From contig NW_024704743.1 in assembly GCF_018977255.1 (NCBI RefSeq), forward strand, positions 5,582,001 to 5,646,000: a stretch of 64,000 nucleotides of DNA. Direction: 5' to 3'. How positions within the stretch are numbered: the stretch's first letter is position 1; each line of letters opens with the position of its first letter. Below the pieces are notes generated by a model. The model was not told where the DNA came from, searched no databases, and worked only from the letters and a program-made list of their open reading frames with translations. This document shows, in pieces, positions 50,325-63,361 of the stretch. This DNA is from Callorhinchus milii (lineage: Eukaryota). The translations under genes were made by a program, and so were the position numbers.

Positions 50325-50578
50325 TGATGGATGTTAATAATCCAGTGGTACTTTTTGAACAAGAAAGGCATTTATCCTGGTGTCCTGGCCAACAATCACT
50401 CAAATAAAATTGATCATTCACTTCATGGCTGTTTGTGGGATATTGCTGTGGACAAATTAGCTGGTCCATTTGCTTCAAAAATACACAGTCATTACATGTG
50501 ATACTATATCCTGTGAAGAGCATTGAGACATCCTCCTGACGTGAAAGATGCTACATCAGATATAAGGATTATTATTAT
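50325..50578 (+). mobile_element. Family A SINE 3' half
   Basis: GGTGTCCTGGCCAAC...GTTTGTGGGATATTGCTGTG...GGATTATTATT. Confidence 0.82.
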
Positions 50579-51589
50579 AATAAAACATTCTCCTGCTGCC
50601 TTGGTTAATTCTCCTCCTTTAGCACTTAATGAAAACTTCAGATTCATTCCCACCAGAAGCTCAGTCCTGGGAATGTCTTAATATCCACAAAACATTATCA
50701 AAACCTAATATTGCTTTTCTCAGAGTCTGCAGCTGTCTGTTCTGTACGTGTGTGTTGCATGCAATGTGTTTTGCTTATCCTGTCTATTGTGTGTATTCAT
50801 ATTCCACTGGGACCTGTTTCCAAGGTTGTTTCCACTACTCTGCCTCCTCCTGCTATGCCACTTGTGCCGAATGCGACAGGATTTATGTATTTTTGGTGAC
50901 CTGATGACAATAAAGGAAAAAATAGAGCAACGCACAAGAACAGTTCTCACTACGGGAGTACGAGCGAGACATTGAATAATTGTACTGAGCTACAGAATCA
51001 AAGGAGAGCAATGAGTAAGATTTGACTGTTTGATAATCTGATCACATGATTGCATCAGTCAGCCATGAAATTACGGTAAAATGATCCTAATTTGGTTTAC
51101 AGCTCTACTTCATTCCCCTTAACGACTGATTCTAGATTTCCCGTCATTGCAGCCTTTAAACTGCTAAACGTTCATGTCTCTATACTCTAGCAGCCGGTAA
51201 GGAACGTGAGAAGACTATTACACGTTGTATGATGCAGGTGCTATTCATAAGAAGAAAGAACAACTTACATTTATTATTGGACCCTTTATGCAGGATAGGA
51301 ACTCGGAGCCCTGCATGGTGGCATAGGCATGGTCAAAGGGATTTTTTTGGATGTCTGACACATGTGCAAACCCATCACTATGCTTAACAGTATCCAAATC
51401 AAACTCAAAGGGATAAATTGGTATTATTCACAAATTATAGAAATAGCAACAAATACTTCCATTTCTAATCAATTATATTGTTTAAAGTACTTTAAAGCGT
51501 TTCCCTTTTACGTGAAAGGTGCAAATAAATGCAAATTAATAATAATTTCAAATCAGAACTCTTTATTTTTACATCACTTATATTTGTGT

Positions 51590-52365
51590 ATCCCTGGCAC
51601 AGAGGAGCACTCTCTCCTCTGAGTCAGAATATTGTGAGTTCAAGCCCCACATTGGGACTTGTACTCAAATAGTCTGAGGTGACACTCCAATGCAGTGCAA
51701 GCGACGCTAATGTGCTGCATGTTGGAGATGTGGTCCTTAAGATGAGACGTTAAACTAAGTTCCTGTTGCCTGTTCAGGTGGACTTTAAGCTCCCATGGTT
51801 CTATTTAATAATATAATAATAATCCTTGCATTTGATACAGCACCTTATCACGTCTTCAAGACGTCTCCAAGCGCTTCACAGAATATAGTGAATTGACTAT
51901 ATATTTTGTGGGCGAAACGCGGCAGCCAACAGTGAACAGTCATGGATTGAGTGAGCAATTTTTTTTTTTTTGAAGGAATTATTACCCCCGGAAAAGCGAT
52001 ACGCCAATTGACCAACAACCGGGTTACTACTTACTGCTAGGTAAACGGAGGCTTGTGGAGCAAGGAAACTTGCCCAACATTTCGCCTTGTTGGGAATTGA
52101 TCCCAGGTCTTTTGCTTGCAAGGAGAGTGCTCTAACCACTGTGCTACAGGACTCCATTTAAAAAGAAAAAGGAGTTTCTTCCACTGTCCTGGCCAAATAT
52201 CGCCCAAATAAAATTGGTCATTCATTCCATGGCTGTTTATGGGACATTGCTATGAGCAAATTGCCATTTGCCGACAAAACATACAGTCGCTACACTCAAC
52301 ACTAAATCCTGTGAAGCGCTTTGAAACATCTCGAAGACTTAATAAGGTGCTATTTCAAACGCACA
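51590..52365 (+). mobile_element. Family A Deu-SINE split by a family B insertion
   Basis: Head and Deu domain run to CCCATGGTTCTATTTAA (51808) and resume at ATTTAAAAAGAAAAAGGAGTTTC (52156). Confidence 0.88.
51809..52155 (-). mobile_element. Full-length family B tRNA SINE (nested)
   Basis: Reversed tail (AAT)nCCTTGCATTTG through to the reversed head GCTACAGGACTCC; ATTTAA direct repeats on both sides. Confidence 0.92.
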
Positions 52366-53301
52366 GAGTATGATTAATTTGATGAACCGTGTAACACACT
52401 CCCATGTGTATTTGCATTTCTGTATTGCATGGGAACTAGGTTTCAAATCTCAAGTGAGTGAGAAATCTGCTCTGCTTTAACATTACATATTTGATGTTTA
52501 AAAGGGCTTTTATTTCATGGAAAAAATCCTTGTCAAACCTCTTTTCCGTTTGTTTCCAAATCCGTGATACAAAATCATATCAGCTCACCATCATGTCACC
52601 TGTGCCTGACATCACTGAGGCAATGATGCATTTTTCTCCTTCCTATCCCCTCTCCTCCACAATAGAACATCATTGTTCTATTGAAGTACCATATAAGATT
52701 AGCTCAAGTAAGAGTTCAATGCATTAGCCCAGACCCAATGCAGCCATTTAGGAAGCCGTTTTGTGCCAAACATAAAAGACAACAGTAAAGGGCAATTTTA
52801 AATAGCTATCGCTGTGGTAGTAAATCCTAGAAGAGCAGTGCTATTGCTCACGAAACTTAACACAGTGTTAAATGGGATAGTTAATACTGCAATGTCAAAT
52901 GTCTTTGGTCCCCTTACGTGAATGCAGAGCTACTTAAAGAGCAGTGATTCTGTTGGTAGAAATGCATCATTTATTTGCCGTTTCAAAAAGCCTCTTCAGC
53001 GCACAGATACATTGATGTGATTGGAGATTAATAGCACATCAGCTGTTCTTACACTTGCATGAGCAATCGTTGAGACACAAGGCTATATTTGACTCTGTGT
53101 GAGTGTGTTTCCTAAGGTCTTGTATCTCTATGTGGAAGGCGTTTAGAAAAAGAAAGAAAGCGAGGCATAATTATGCTAACAACTGTGTCCTTCAAGCTGC
53201 GATGTCCATCATTTTACGATGATCCTTGAGACGCATGCTTTAGAATTTGGTTGTGTGCTATCAGTGTTCTGGTTAATCTCCTTTTCTGTTTCTACCTTCA
53301 G

Positions 53302-53367
53302 GAATCTGCCCCCGAAACTGCATCAGCCAGAGCTCTGGACAGAAACGTTTAATAACTTTATAAGCAA
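53302..53367 (+). CDS. MYO3A: Myosin IIIA coding exon 7 (66 nt; absent from the ORF track)
   Basis: Encodes (R)NLPPKLHQPELWTETFNNFIS(K). Polypyrimidine tract with ttcag acceptor, donor gtgagt; phase 2/2. Confidence 0.94.
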
Positions 53368-53749
53368 GTGAGTGCCACTATCAGCTCTGCATGGTTGCAG
53401 AGGGTGTAAAGAGCCACACGATTGAAAAAGTACTGTTAATATCTCCTGGAGACACTGCACTCCACTGTCCAACTGTAACGTGAAAGCCTGCAGTTCTCTT
53501 GTATCAGTCAAATAACATCTCGTACTCTGCAATACATAGAGCCAGTCAATCTTCTCCCATACTACCTGCTGAGGCTCCTGCCAGCTCCCACTCCTTTCCA
53601 TAGTCAGAATCTCTACCTTTACAGCTTCAACAAGAGTGTCTCTGTACACAGTTTTTAACCTGTAATCTTTCTTGCGGCTTAAACAACCTTTTTAAATAGC
53701 GGAGGCTACCTTCTTCATGGCTTACCTCACTTGCATCACTCAAAATGGT

Positions 53750-53831
53750 GGCGTCCTGTAGCTTAGTGTTTAGAGCATGTATCGAAGATGTGATAAGGAG
53801 CTATATCAAATGCAAGGATTATTATTATTAT
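53750..53831 (+). mobile_element. Head-tail fused miniature family B SINE
   Basis: GGCGTCCTGTAGCTTAGTGTTTAGAGCA is joined directly to TCGAAGATGTGATAAGGAGCTATATCAAATGCAAGG(ATT)n. Confidence 0.75.
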
Positions 53832-54909
53832 AAAATGTTAGGCATGATGTGCACATAATATGCACGATTGATTGCAAAATGCTGGGAAATAAATCACGCC
53901 TGTTCATTTAGCCGTTAAAGATCCCATGGCATTGCATGAAAGGAGAAGGGAGTTTTTCCCGACAATTCCCCAAATAAAAATTGGTCGTTCTCTTCACAGC
54001 TATGAGGCAGGTAGAGAGGGGGACCTACAACAAGCAGAGTTACCAGAGCGGAGCAGAGGAGTGGGGTTGGAGGATATCAGAGATATTAGGGAGATATTGG
54101 GGTGTTAAGGGATTTATAGATGAGGGCGAGGACCTTGATATGGATGCAATGAGAGACAGGGAGCTGGTGGAGTCTGTTGAGGACTGAAGTGATGCAAGTG
54201 CGGAACTTGGTGTGGGTAAGGGTGCGGGCGGTGGAGTTTTGAATAAGTTGAAATCTATGGATGGTGAAGCTAGCAAGTCCAGCAAGCTAGGCGCACAAAC
54301 AATTAAAATGTCTCATAGCAACTAGACTTGGCACCTTTCTGAGGGTGCCTTTACGATCACAGCTGGGCAGAAAATGGGTTACTTCAATTCAGCATTTTGC
54401 TAATGAATAGACGACCCATGTTAATATCTGTTAGAAAGAGAGACAATAATAAAGCATGTTTGGGAGTAAATCTCAGCAGCAGTGACTGTGGTGTGTCTCT
54501 TCACGTACTTTGCCACGGCACAAAATTTCCTCCAGCATTCTGTGACATGACCTCTGCACCATTTTAATACAAAGTGTTATATAACAGTGTGGCAAGTGCA
54601 ACAGAACAACACGTCTTCTATCAAAAATAGCTTCCCTTGTGTACTGTTCAGCAGGACTACTGACACAGGAGTCAATAATTAGCTGTGAATCTTTAGTTTT
54701 ATTATTAAGCAATTAAATTCAGTGGAATCTCATCAAAAATCCTGTTTAAACAAAACCTACTGCAATGACAGTTTGCTTTCTGAGTGTAGGCTTTAACTTT
54801 ATTAATTATAGTCAGTTTTGAAGGTTTTAGGGCATTAGTCGGATGAGTCACTCATGAAAAGTTTGATTTTCTGGTTTCCATGAACTTGGAAAATAAAAGA
54901 CTGAGTCCC

Positions 54910-55505
54910 CAACAAACAATAACAACACATTACATCTGTATAGCGCCTTTCATGTCGGGAGGACGTCCCAAGGCGCTGGAAAGCTATACAAACTACAACA
55001 ACAATTTACAATTATATTGCACCTTTCATGTTGGAAAAAATATCTCAAAAGTACCTTACAAAGATTGAGCTGGAGTTTGAACTGGGAGGGAGCTAAGGCA
55101 GTGGCGGGAGGTGGCCGAAAGCACAGGCAAACAAGTAGGTCTTCAGACGGGATGGAAAAGTAGAGCAGAAGTAGGGGGCAAAGTGGCTGAAGGCTCATCC
55201 ATCAATGATGGAGCATGGCCAGTGTGAGGCATGAAGCAGGCCGGTGTTGGTGAAGTGGAGAGAGTGACGGGGGGAGCAGGGTTGCAGGAGGACACAGGTC
55301 GGGTGATACAAGGCCAAGGAGACATTGGAAGGTGAGGATGAGGAACTTAAAGTCGATTCACTGGGAGACAGGAAGCCACTGGAGCGAGGCAAGGATAAGG
55401 GTGATAGGCTTGCAACGCCTGTGGAGCTGTTGTTGGACCAGAGTTTGCGGAGGTGGAGCTGGGGACACTGGTGAGCAGAGTGTTTGAAATGTCAAGTCTG
55501 GAGAT
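54910..55505 (-). mobile_element. Old L2 3' fragment with two stacked tail tips
   Basis: (AAC)n...TAGCGCCTTTCATG-like tips at ~54910 and ~54993; the minus strand reads ITLILASLQWLPVSQ. Confidence 0.7.
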
Positions 55506-56089
55506 GAGGGTGTCACCTCCATTGGGAGTGAAGTAGTAACATTCCCTAGCATGTCAGGCACGTCAACTTGGACCAGTTCAGCTTCAAGGGGACCTCACTT
55601 ACTTCCCTCCCCTCCCCCTCAAGGATTGCAGTTAATCTTAATTTGAAAGTGGTTTTCTGTGGAAACTGGCTTCTAAATTAAGACTGAATTTAAGATGTTT
55701 CCATTATTAGAAGAGGATTTAATGCTATTTAGAGTTTTGTTGATGTATCCTATTCTCCTCTTGTTATTGTGCTGTTAGCCCTGTGCATTCATGCAATCTT
55801 AGGCTTGTTATTTTGTAAAGTGCGAGTGGAAGGAAGCACAATGATGACACCAGATTACAGAGGCTAAACTGTTACCTTAGGAACAGTATGTGGATGGTGT
55901 TCAGCCACTGAACCTGGAATTCACACTGCTCATTGTATTCATTAAACAATTCATAAAACACATATAAAAATCAGAGCACACTTGCATTCTGCCACTGATG
56001 GCATTCCTGTTTCCAATGGAAATACATTATGCAATTGTAAGGAATATATAGTGTGGTGACCTGAGATGCTCTGCTACAGAGGAATATTG

Positions 56090-56480
56090 CTGTCGGCTCA
56101 GTTGGTAGTACTCTCGTCTCTGAGCTAGAAAATTGCAGCTTCAAACCCCAATCGGGATGTGGAACCTATACAGTGAATACAGTACCAGGGTGTGCTGCAT
56201 TGTTAGAGATGCTATCCTTTGGATAGACTTTAAACCGTCTGTCTGTTCAGGTAGATGTTAAAGATCCTATTGCATGATTCGAAAAGAAAGGGCCATTTTG
56301 CCCAATGTCTTGGCCAACAACCTTCCAAATACGATTGGTCACTCAATTCATGGTTGTTTGTGGGATAATGCTGTGCGCAAATTAGTTGGGGTATTGTCCC
56401 ACAAAATACACACAGTCACAGTAAATCCTGTGAAGTGACTTTACATGATAAGGTGCTGTACCAAATGTAAGGATTAGTAT
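56090..56480 (+). mobile_element. Full-length family A Deu-SINE
   Basis: GGCTCAGTTGGTAGTACTCTCGTCTCTGAG head, CTGTTCAGGTAGATGTTAAAGATCC Deu motif and shared tail. Confidence 0.88.
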
Positions 56481-56607
56481 TTAAGAGAAGGAAAACTCAT
56501 GGTAGTAAGAAACATTGGCTGCGTGATTGCCAATACAACCTATTTACATGTGTTTAGATTCCTGTCCTAACCAGTACACATGAAGCTTGTTTGCTGTAAT
56601 AATAAAA

Positions 56608-57287
56608 ATAATAATAATAATAATCCTTGCATTTCATACAGCTCCTTATCACATCTTTGAGACTCTCAAAGCGCTTCACAGAATATACTGTAAAGTGAAT
56701 TGACTGTATTTTTGGGGTGAAACGTAAAACTTTACACGGTTTTGCTTTATCCACAAACAATAGTAATGCTGAACAGAATTCAGTTCATTCAGAACTCTGC
56801 TGCCAGCATACATACCCGGACCAAATTCCGTACCCTCATATCACCATTTCTGGCCCAGGATCCACTAGCTCCCCATCACCAAACAGATCAACTTCAAGAT
56901 CCTCACACTCGTGTTCAAATCACTTCACTCCCTGGCACCTCCCTACCTCTTCGACCTCCTCACTCCCCAATCCACCATCCGGCACCTCCGCTCAACTGGC
57001 ACCATCCTCCTGCTCGTCCCTCGGGCCCTACGCTCCACCATTGGAGGTCGCGCTTTCAGCCACTAAGCCTCAAAACTTTGGAACACTCTCCCTCGATCCC
57101 TCCATCTTGACCACTCTCTCCCCTTTTTCAAGTCTCGCATTAAGACCTTCCTTTTTGACAGAGCTTACGGTCACCTCCACCCCCTACCCCCACTCCCCGG
57201 CTCGGAGTCAGGTCTGCCACTGTTAAACACTCTGAGACTCTGCCCTGCGTGGAGGGCGCTACATAAGTGCACGTTGTTGTTGTTGCT
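56608..57287. mobile_element. Family B SINE tail (minus strand, ~56608-56725) and L2 3' end (plus strand, ~56765-57287)
   Basis: Reversed SINE tail, then RIQFIQNSAA...INFKILTLVFK and GGAGGGCGCTACATAAGTGCAC(GTT)n. Confidence 0.85.
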
Positions 57288-57451
57288 TCTGCAATGTGAA
57301 AAGCAGATGGTTGTATGAAGTGCTTTGGACTTTCAATTAGGGCGGGTTGCACTTCATAAAATAAGCAGTAAAATATAACGCTGCAGAGGATTAACACTCT
57401 GGAGAGGATGAGGTGATTTTTATTGATAATTTCCTGCTTTTGTCGCTGCAG

Positions 57452-57607
57452 ATGCCTCATTAAAGACTTTGAGCAGCGTCCAACTGTCTCTGACCTTCTG
57501 GACCACCCCTTTATGAAACAGATCAAAGGCAAAGAGAAAACCCTGCAGAAACAATTAATGGAGCTCATAGATCTTCAGCAGCAAATGGGCAGCGTGGAAA
57601 AGATCAG
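57452..57607 (+). CDS. MYO3A: Myosin IIIA coding exon 8 (156 nt; end of kinase domain and linker); the gene continues beyond the window
   Basis: Encodes (K)CLIKDFEQRPTVSDLLDHPFMKQIKGKEKTLQKQLMELIDLQQQMGSVEKI(R). Acceptor ctgcag, donor gtactt; phase 2/2. Confidence 0.95.
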
Positions 57608-58039
57608 GTACTTTAACTCACTTCTGGCCGAGAGAGAAATATTGGCTTCTGCTGCTTTCACTTTACGTCATCGACACATTTTATCCTTTAAGTCAGCGAC
57701 ATTTTAAAAAATACTCCTTTTGTGGGGAAATTCAGATGAAACGTGATGAAGAAAACATGAAGGGTTTTGTCAGTGGGAACAGTAAAAACCTTCAGTCAAA
57801 CATAATCCAGACATACAGTCTTTGAAAGTTCACTTCAAAGCATCAACATATTTAAGAAGACATTTGATGCTCACATGAGGGAGAAGGGAAATAAAGAGGG
57901 AAACAGGATGGGTGGGGCTTGTGTGGAGTATATACAATTGTATGGACCAGTTGAGCCAAGGGGGCTATTTCTGTGCCATGCCATTGCGTGTATCATTTGA
58001 CAATGTTCTGCTCGCTGGACCACGAAGCTGTTCCCTGCA

Positions 58040-58490
58040 CAGATCGATCCAGGACTCTACAGCCAATGTCCTCTCCCGTATCAGGCTCAATGAGCCTCGC
58101 CCTCTCCTGGCTCCAGTAGCTCCTCAACACCCAGCGGATCAAGTTCAAAATACTCACTCTCACCTTTAAATCCCTCTGTGGACTTGCCCAACCCTATCTA
58201 TGTGACCTCCTCAAACCCTATAGACCCGGATGTTCATTCAGCAGGTAGTGGCCGGCTTCGTATTCCCCTGCCCTAACCACTCTACCATCGGTGATCGGCC
58301 TTTCAGCACCGTTCATCACTTCATATAAGGTCTGTCTCAAGACCTACATCTATGACCATGTTTTCAGTCATCATTCTCTTCCCCAGTCCCCTTGTCTCCC
58401 ACCCCCAGCTCAGGTGTCAAACCATTATTATTAAGCACCCTGGGATATCCTCTTGAAGCGAAAGACATCTATAAATGTAAATTTGTATTG
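58040..58490 (+). mobile_element. Old L2 3' fragment
   Basis: GATCCAGGACTCTACAGCC, ATCAAGTTCAAAATACTCACTCTCACCTTTAAATCCCTC and CGGCCTTTCAGC. Confidence 0.75.
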
Positions 58491-61400
58491 TAATAAAATA
58501 GTTACCCAAATTACTGCAACTGAACCATTGCCAGGCCCCCTTATTTGTTTTCCAATATTCACTTTCCACTAACCAGCACAGAATCCCACTCCTGGTTGTG
58601 GAATCAAATGGTGAATTACTGAATGCTTGGCCTGACTCCCTGTGCTCACTCTGATCACTTTGCTCAAGCACAGGTGCTAATGATGGGGATCAGGAATGAG
58701 TAGAAAATCCTTGGTGGCTAACACTTTACATTGTCTGAGCGATAGTGGCGATGGCGGAACGGAGGGCGCGAGCGACGAGCAGGAGACCGGTGCCAGTCAA
58801 GCGGAGGCGCCGGGTGGTGGTTTGGGAAGTGAGGAGGTCAGATAGGTAGGGAGGTGCCAGGGAGTGATTTGATTTGAAAACAAGTGTGAGGATCTTGAAG
58901 TCGATCCATTAGGTGCTGGGGTGCTGAGATTCAGTGTGAGGTTCAGTGAGAGTTGAAGTTCAGGTTGAGGTTCAGTTTGAGCTGCAAAATAATGTGGGAT
59001 TCTTAAAATCTGTTTCTGTTTTGGGTCCTTAGCTGAGAGAACAGGTGGGCAGTCTTCTCCTAGGCCTCTATGATGCCCTCTTGTAACCATATGATGGGCC
59101 TGTCGAGATAGTGCACGCTTAGTGTATGTCGAGTGACTTCCCTGGTGAATAAGGTGTTCATTTTAGGGGGAGTCACACATGCCAATCTATGGCCAATCAC
59201 TCTGGCTCTGTGCATTGGTAAACACATATAAATACATACACTTGACCACCCTTTAGTTTGTGTGTTTGAACCTATTTCACCCCTGTTACTTTCCCACTGC
59301 TCTGATTCTTCCTCTTTCAGGGCAGAAAATGTGATTTACATAGATATGCGATCACTTTGCAGACTCACAGATACCTGGATCATAGACCTCTCCTCTGTCA
59401 CCATCAGTAAACAGTCTACGGTTGCTCACGGAAAGGTTTTGTGCGGCAAACTGTCTCTATCGTCTTTCCTTCTGCTCTCTCAGATCTCCCAGTGTGCCTG
59501 GCATAGAGCGCTGTGCTCCTGGCAGAACAAGCCTTGAGGGTGGTTAAGTTCAAACAGGAATTGATCATTGGCTTTTCAAATGAACGCAAGTAGTTGATCA
59601 ATATGAGGCACCAGGCCTTACACAGTGAACATTTTCCCCTCATTTTGCTAAGTGTCATGTGAGTGCAGATACCAGGTAAACATACGACGGTTTGCACAAT
59701 GGAGAGTGGAAGCTAGTCTAACAAAAGGCATGCAATTGAGTCTTAATACATGCGTTAATTGGCCTTGATGATGAGCGAGGGAGAGGTTGCGGTGAAGAAG
59801 TTGTCGTTCGGCACATTCGATCTCACCCATTGTGCATAAAGCAATAGTGTGGTGTATCGTCTTACAGGGGAAAAAATAACTACTGTCCTCTGGTTAGGAA
59901 TTGTCCATTTTTTCTCATTAAGGAGGAAGGAAAAAGAACTAAGGAAAGAGAGTTGGATTGAAACGACGAGAGTGATAGTAACAATGAAAGGAAAGGAGAA
60001 ATCGGGAGGAAATGAAGGCGTCAAAGAGGTGGTTGAAATGGAATTAGCATTCAAAAGAGAATTAGACAAATACAAAATCACAGAGAGGAAGAAAATAGAC
60101 AAATTTTAGCCTATTTGCACAGCAATACTGCTAGGAGCATGTTAGGAGCCATGTATGTGTTTCACTCAGATGTATGATCACTTTGCAGACTCACGGATAT
60201 TCAAGCTCCATCGACAAAATCGTATAAACATCAAACAGAAAGGTGAATATTGAATAGAGGCTTTCAATATGCAGCAGTGTGCGCCTATACTACCATTTAG
60301 TGGCTCGTGGCTAGCTTAGAAAGTAATTCACAAATCCCCTCCCCTCTCCCCCACTTCCCCATTGACAGGCTCCACATTTTCAGACCCAAACTAATCTTTG
60401 CAGCTACAATCGCTAATTGTTACACATTGGTCAATATTCTTCCTGACATTTAGACCCTGACTGATGTCCTTTTACACAGTGTTAACATTTAGGATATGGC
60501 TGTAGTAAAGCAACAACTTGCTTCTATTTTTCTTACAATACAGCTCTCTTTATGAGGCAATCTTTTGGCTCCATCTCACAAATGTCTTACAGAGAGGCTA
60601 TTTTATATGGATTCTCTATAAATGGGAATTCTAAAATAGCTTACTGTTATACTGCAAATAATGACGTGTGCCTGAAGGATTATAAAGCGGATCTATGCTC
60701 TCGCGTGCCTTTTACCTTTGTTTTCCGTGTTTCCATTTCTGGAATGATTTCTTATTCCGCAATCATTATTTTCTTTTCATTGCGAGCTGCAAGGTTGATT
60801 CCTACCCCTGATCCTTAGTTGTTTTCGCACACGCTTCCCTGTTGCATTCTGCTTTGCGTCCTCCTGTTTTACTTGCATTCCCCTTCATTACTTTTTCCCT
60901 CTGCAATTGATTGACTGTTTCCACGGACTCTGCCAGCGACAGGATGAAGCGGGCTGTTTGGAGCCTAACAACAAATGATTCTGTTTGTATCTTTGTCTGT
61001 GAATCAAGGCAGCTTCAGACACCGTGAATATCACTGGGTGACTGGCAGTAGCTACTGTACCCCAACATGGGTTCCCTGTATATCTGACACAAGGTTTGAT
61101 ATTGGCTATGATCCAGTCACATTGGGGAGAGAAACTGACTGCTAAATGCACTGGTTGAGAACGTTTTGGCTGGAGAAATGGGAATACGTCAGACACAAAG
61201 TGCATTTTCCAGTTCCTCACAATGGCACGCACATTGCCTCGTGAGACCCTTGAATAAGAAATAATAATAATAATATGATATAGTGCATTTCACATCAGGA
61301 GGTCATCTCAAAGGCTTCACAAGATATACTATAAAGTGTGGTGACTGTTTTGTGGGCGAATGTGCCCACCACTGCTTTTAATATAGTACCTTATCACAAA

Positions 61401-61659
61401 ACATTTCATTGCATTTTACAGGATTCGAGGTAAAGTGTAAAGACTGTGTAATTTGTAGGCGGACAGACTAGGATGGTCCCACATTTTATTTGATTCCCTG
61501 TAATTTGTTGTTGTTGTAGCCAAAGGGTTGATACACTAACCACAATTAACCCGTTTATCTTTAGCACGCAACTTTAATTGGTGTTGATCCTGTATTTTTA
61601 GTCAGGCTTAATTGACGCAATACTAATCTGCCTTTATCCATAGTATAAAATCACAGTGA

Positions 61660-62405
61660 AGACAAGATGGATGAGTATGAGCAAGCCAAGAGACAGAGAA
61701 GAAGTGTAGGGGACTGCGGGAAGACATAGATAAGTTAGTGGAAGAGCAGAGAAGTGGCAAATTAAATTCAATACAAAAAATGTACACTGCATTTCCATAG
61801 GAAGGATAAAGAAAAGTAATGCCTACCGCAAGTCTCTGCTCCTCAATTCCATGAGAATATTGGCCTTACTAAATAGAACGGAGGAGCTGAGAGGATTGTT
61901 GGAGTGCACAGTGTCTTGCCATAAATGATCGTTGGAGCTGAGTTTATGACAGCGTTTAAACGAGATGTTAAAGGTAGAAGAAGATAGAACAGAGTAAATG
62001 GTATTATTAGATAATGGGGAAGCTACATAGAGTTATGTGGAACAGGACAGTGGCACAGATATCAATGCCATTGTTTATACTCCACAAGCACACCATCACT
62101 CATATTCCTCTCTGCTATAACCCTCTATTCCATTCTCTCTCACGCACACCTCAAGTTTCATCGTGAATTAATACTCTTTGCTTTAACCACAGCTTCTGGC
62201 AATGAGTTCCACATTGTCACCAACCTCTACATGAAGAATTTCCTCCTTAAATTCTGTTTTAGTCACTAGCTTTGTATATTTACGCGTCCCCCCCCCCCCC
62301 CACCTCCCCCCTCATTTTGGACTTGCCAACAAGTGGAATCAGTCTATCAACATCCTTGAATCCATTCAAAGTCTTAAACAAATCTATCAGATGCCCTCTC
62401 AGTCT
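61660..62405. mobile_element. Degraded CR1 fragments in both orientations
   Basis: GGACTGCGGGAAGACATAGATAAGTTAG...AAGTGGCAAATTAAATTCAAT on the plus strand; TCTGGCAATGAGTTCCACATTGTCACCAACCTCT is a reversed CR1 segment. Confidence 0.7.
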
Positions 62406-62549
62406 TAAAAAAAATCAATCATCTTATCAGTAGAGAGAAAAGTTGAGGAAAGAACACGACGGATATAGAATGGCTTCCGTATGTACTGTGAACTTTCTGT
62501 GATTCCATGAGAGAGCAGATAAAATGAAGGATTGGGGCGGGGAGGTAAG

Positions 62550-62660
62550 TGGAGTCTGTCTCCTAGGAGATGAGCTGGCTTCAAGGTGACATGCTTGGCA
62601 ATGGAATGTCAGAATCGAGTCAACCCTCTGTGGCGGTCTTGGTGGTCTCGATCACAAGCC
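62550..62660 (+). repeat. Unclassified repeat family X
   Basis: GAGCTGGCTTCAAGGTGACATG...AATGTCAGA...TCAACCCTCTGTGG is the reverse complement of ~16518-16590. Confidence 0.72.
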
Positions 62661-63361
62661 AGATATTAACATTTGGACGGATTTCGAATTGATTTCGATC
62701 AAGGAGGGAAGGACATACTTTGGTCACTAGTCACTGAATAAATTTAGGGTCTTCTAAATTGCAGACATGGGGGTGGCCGTCAAAGTGGTAGAGAGGCTGT
62801 CAGTGGGTTGCCTTCCTTTTTCATGTGTCGTATGCTCGTTGCGATAAGTCGCATGACCTGTGTTTCACCTGCGCTTGTGGGTGATGTCATTGTGTGACGT
62901 GGCGTGATGGAGGTGAGATCGTGTACATCAGCCAATAGTGGGGGGTTTTCTGTTTTCGGACCCCTACCACCTTTGCTTTGTTTCAGTCTCCCTCCGTGGG
63001 AGTGGGACATACGTGCCAAGGAAGGGTGGTGTCTTCACGTAACACGTTTACATAAAGTCTGGGGGCAAAATGTGACGTTGTTTATCATATTGTCAGATGT
63101 CATCCCAATTGACAGCTGGTGATAACTGTGCATCAATAACTGGCGAACAACACAAATGTTCACTCCACCAACCCAGCGCATCTGACTGTGAAAATTGTTG
63201 GCCTCACAGACCCAAAGAAGGAAGCCCAAGGAAACCTCTTAACCTACCGACATGTAGGCCACAACATTTCAGAGCAGATTCGCAGAATACCATCTTAACG
63301 CAAATTGAGTTAAGTCTATTTTTTGGGGGACAGTGACTGATCTGTCCCTCCATGTCCTACC

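Noticed and set aside
58920..58985. Short (TGAGGTTCAG)-like minisatellite, plus G-runs at ~3729-3755, GA-rich 20620-20780 and AT-rich 50075-50205
   Set aside because: Ordinary low-complexity sequence with no further structure.
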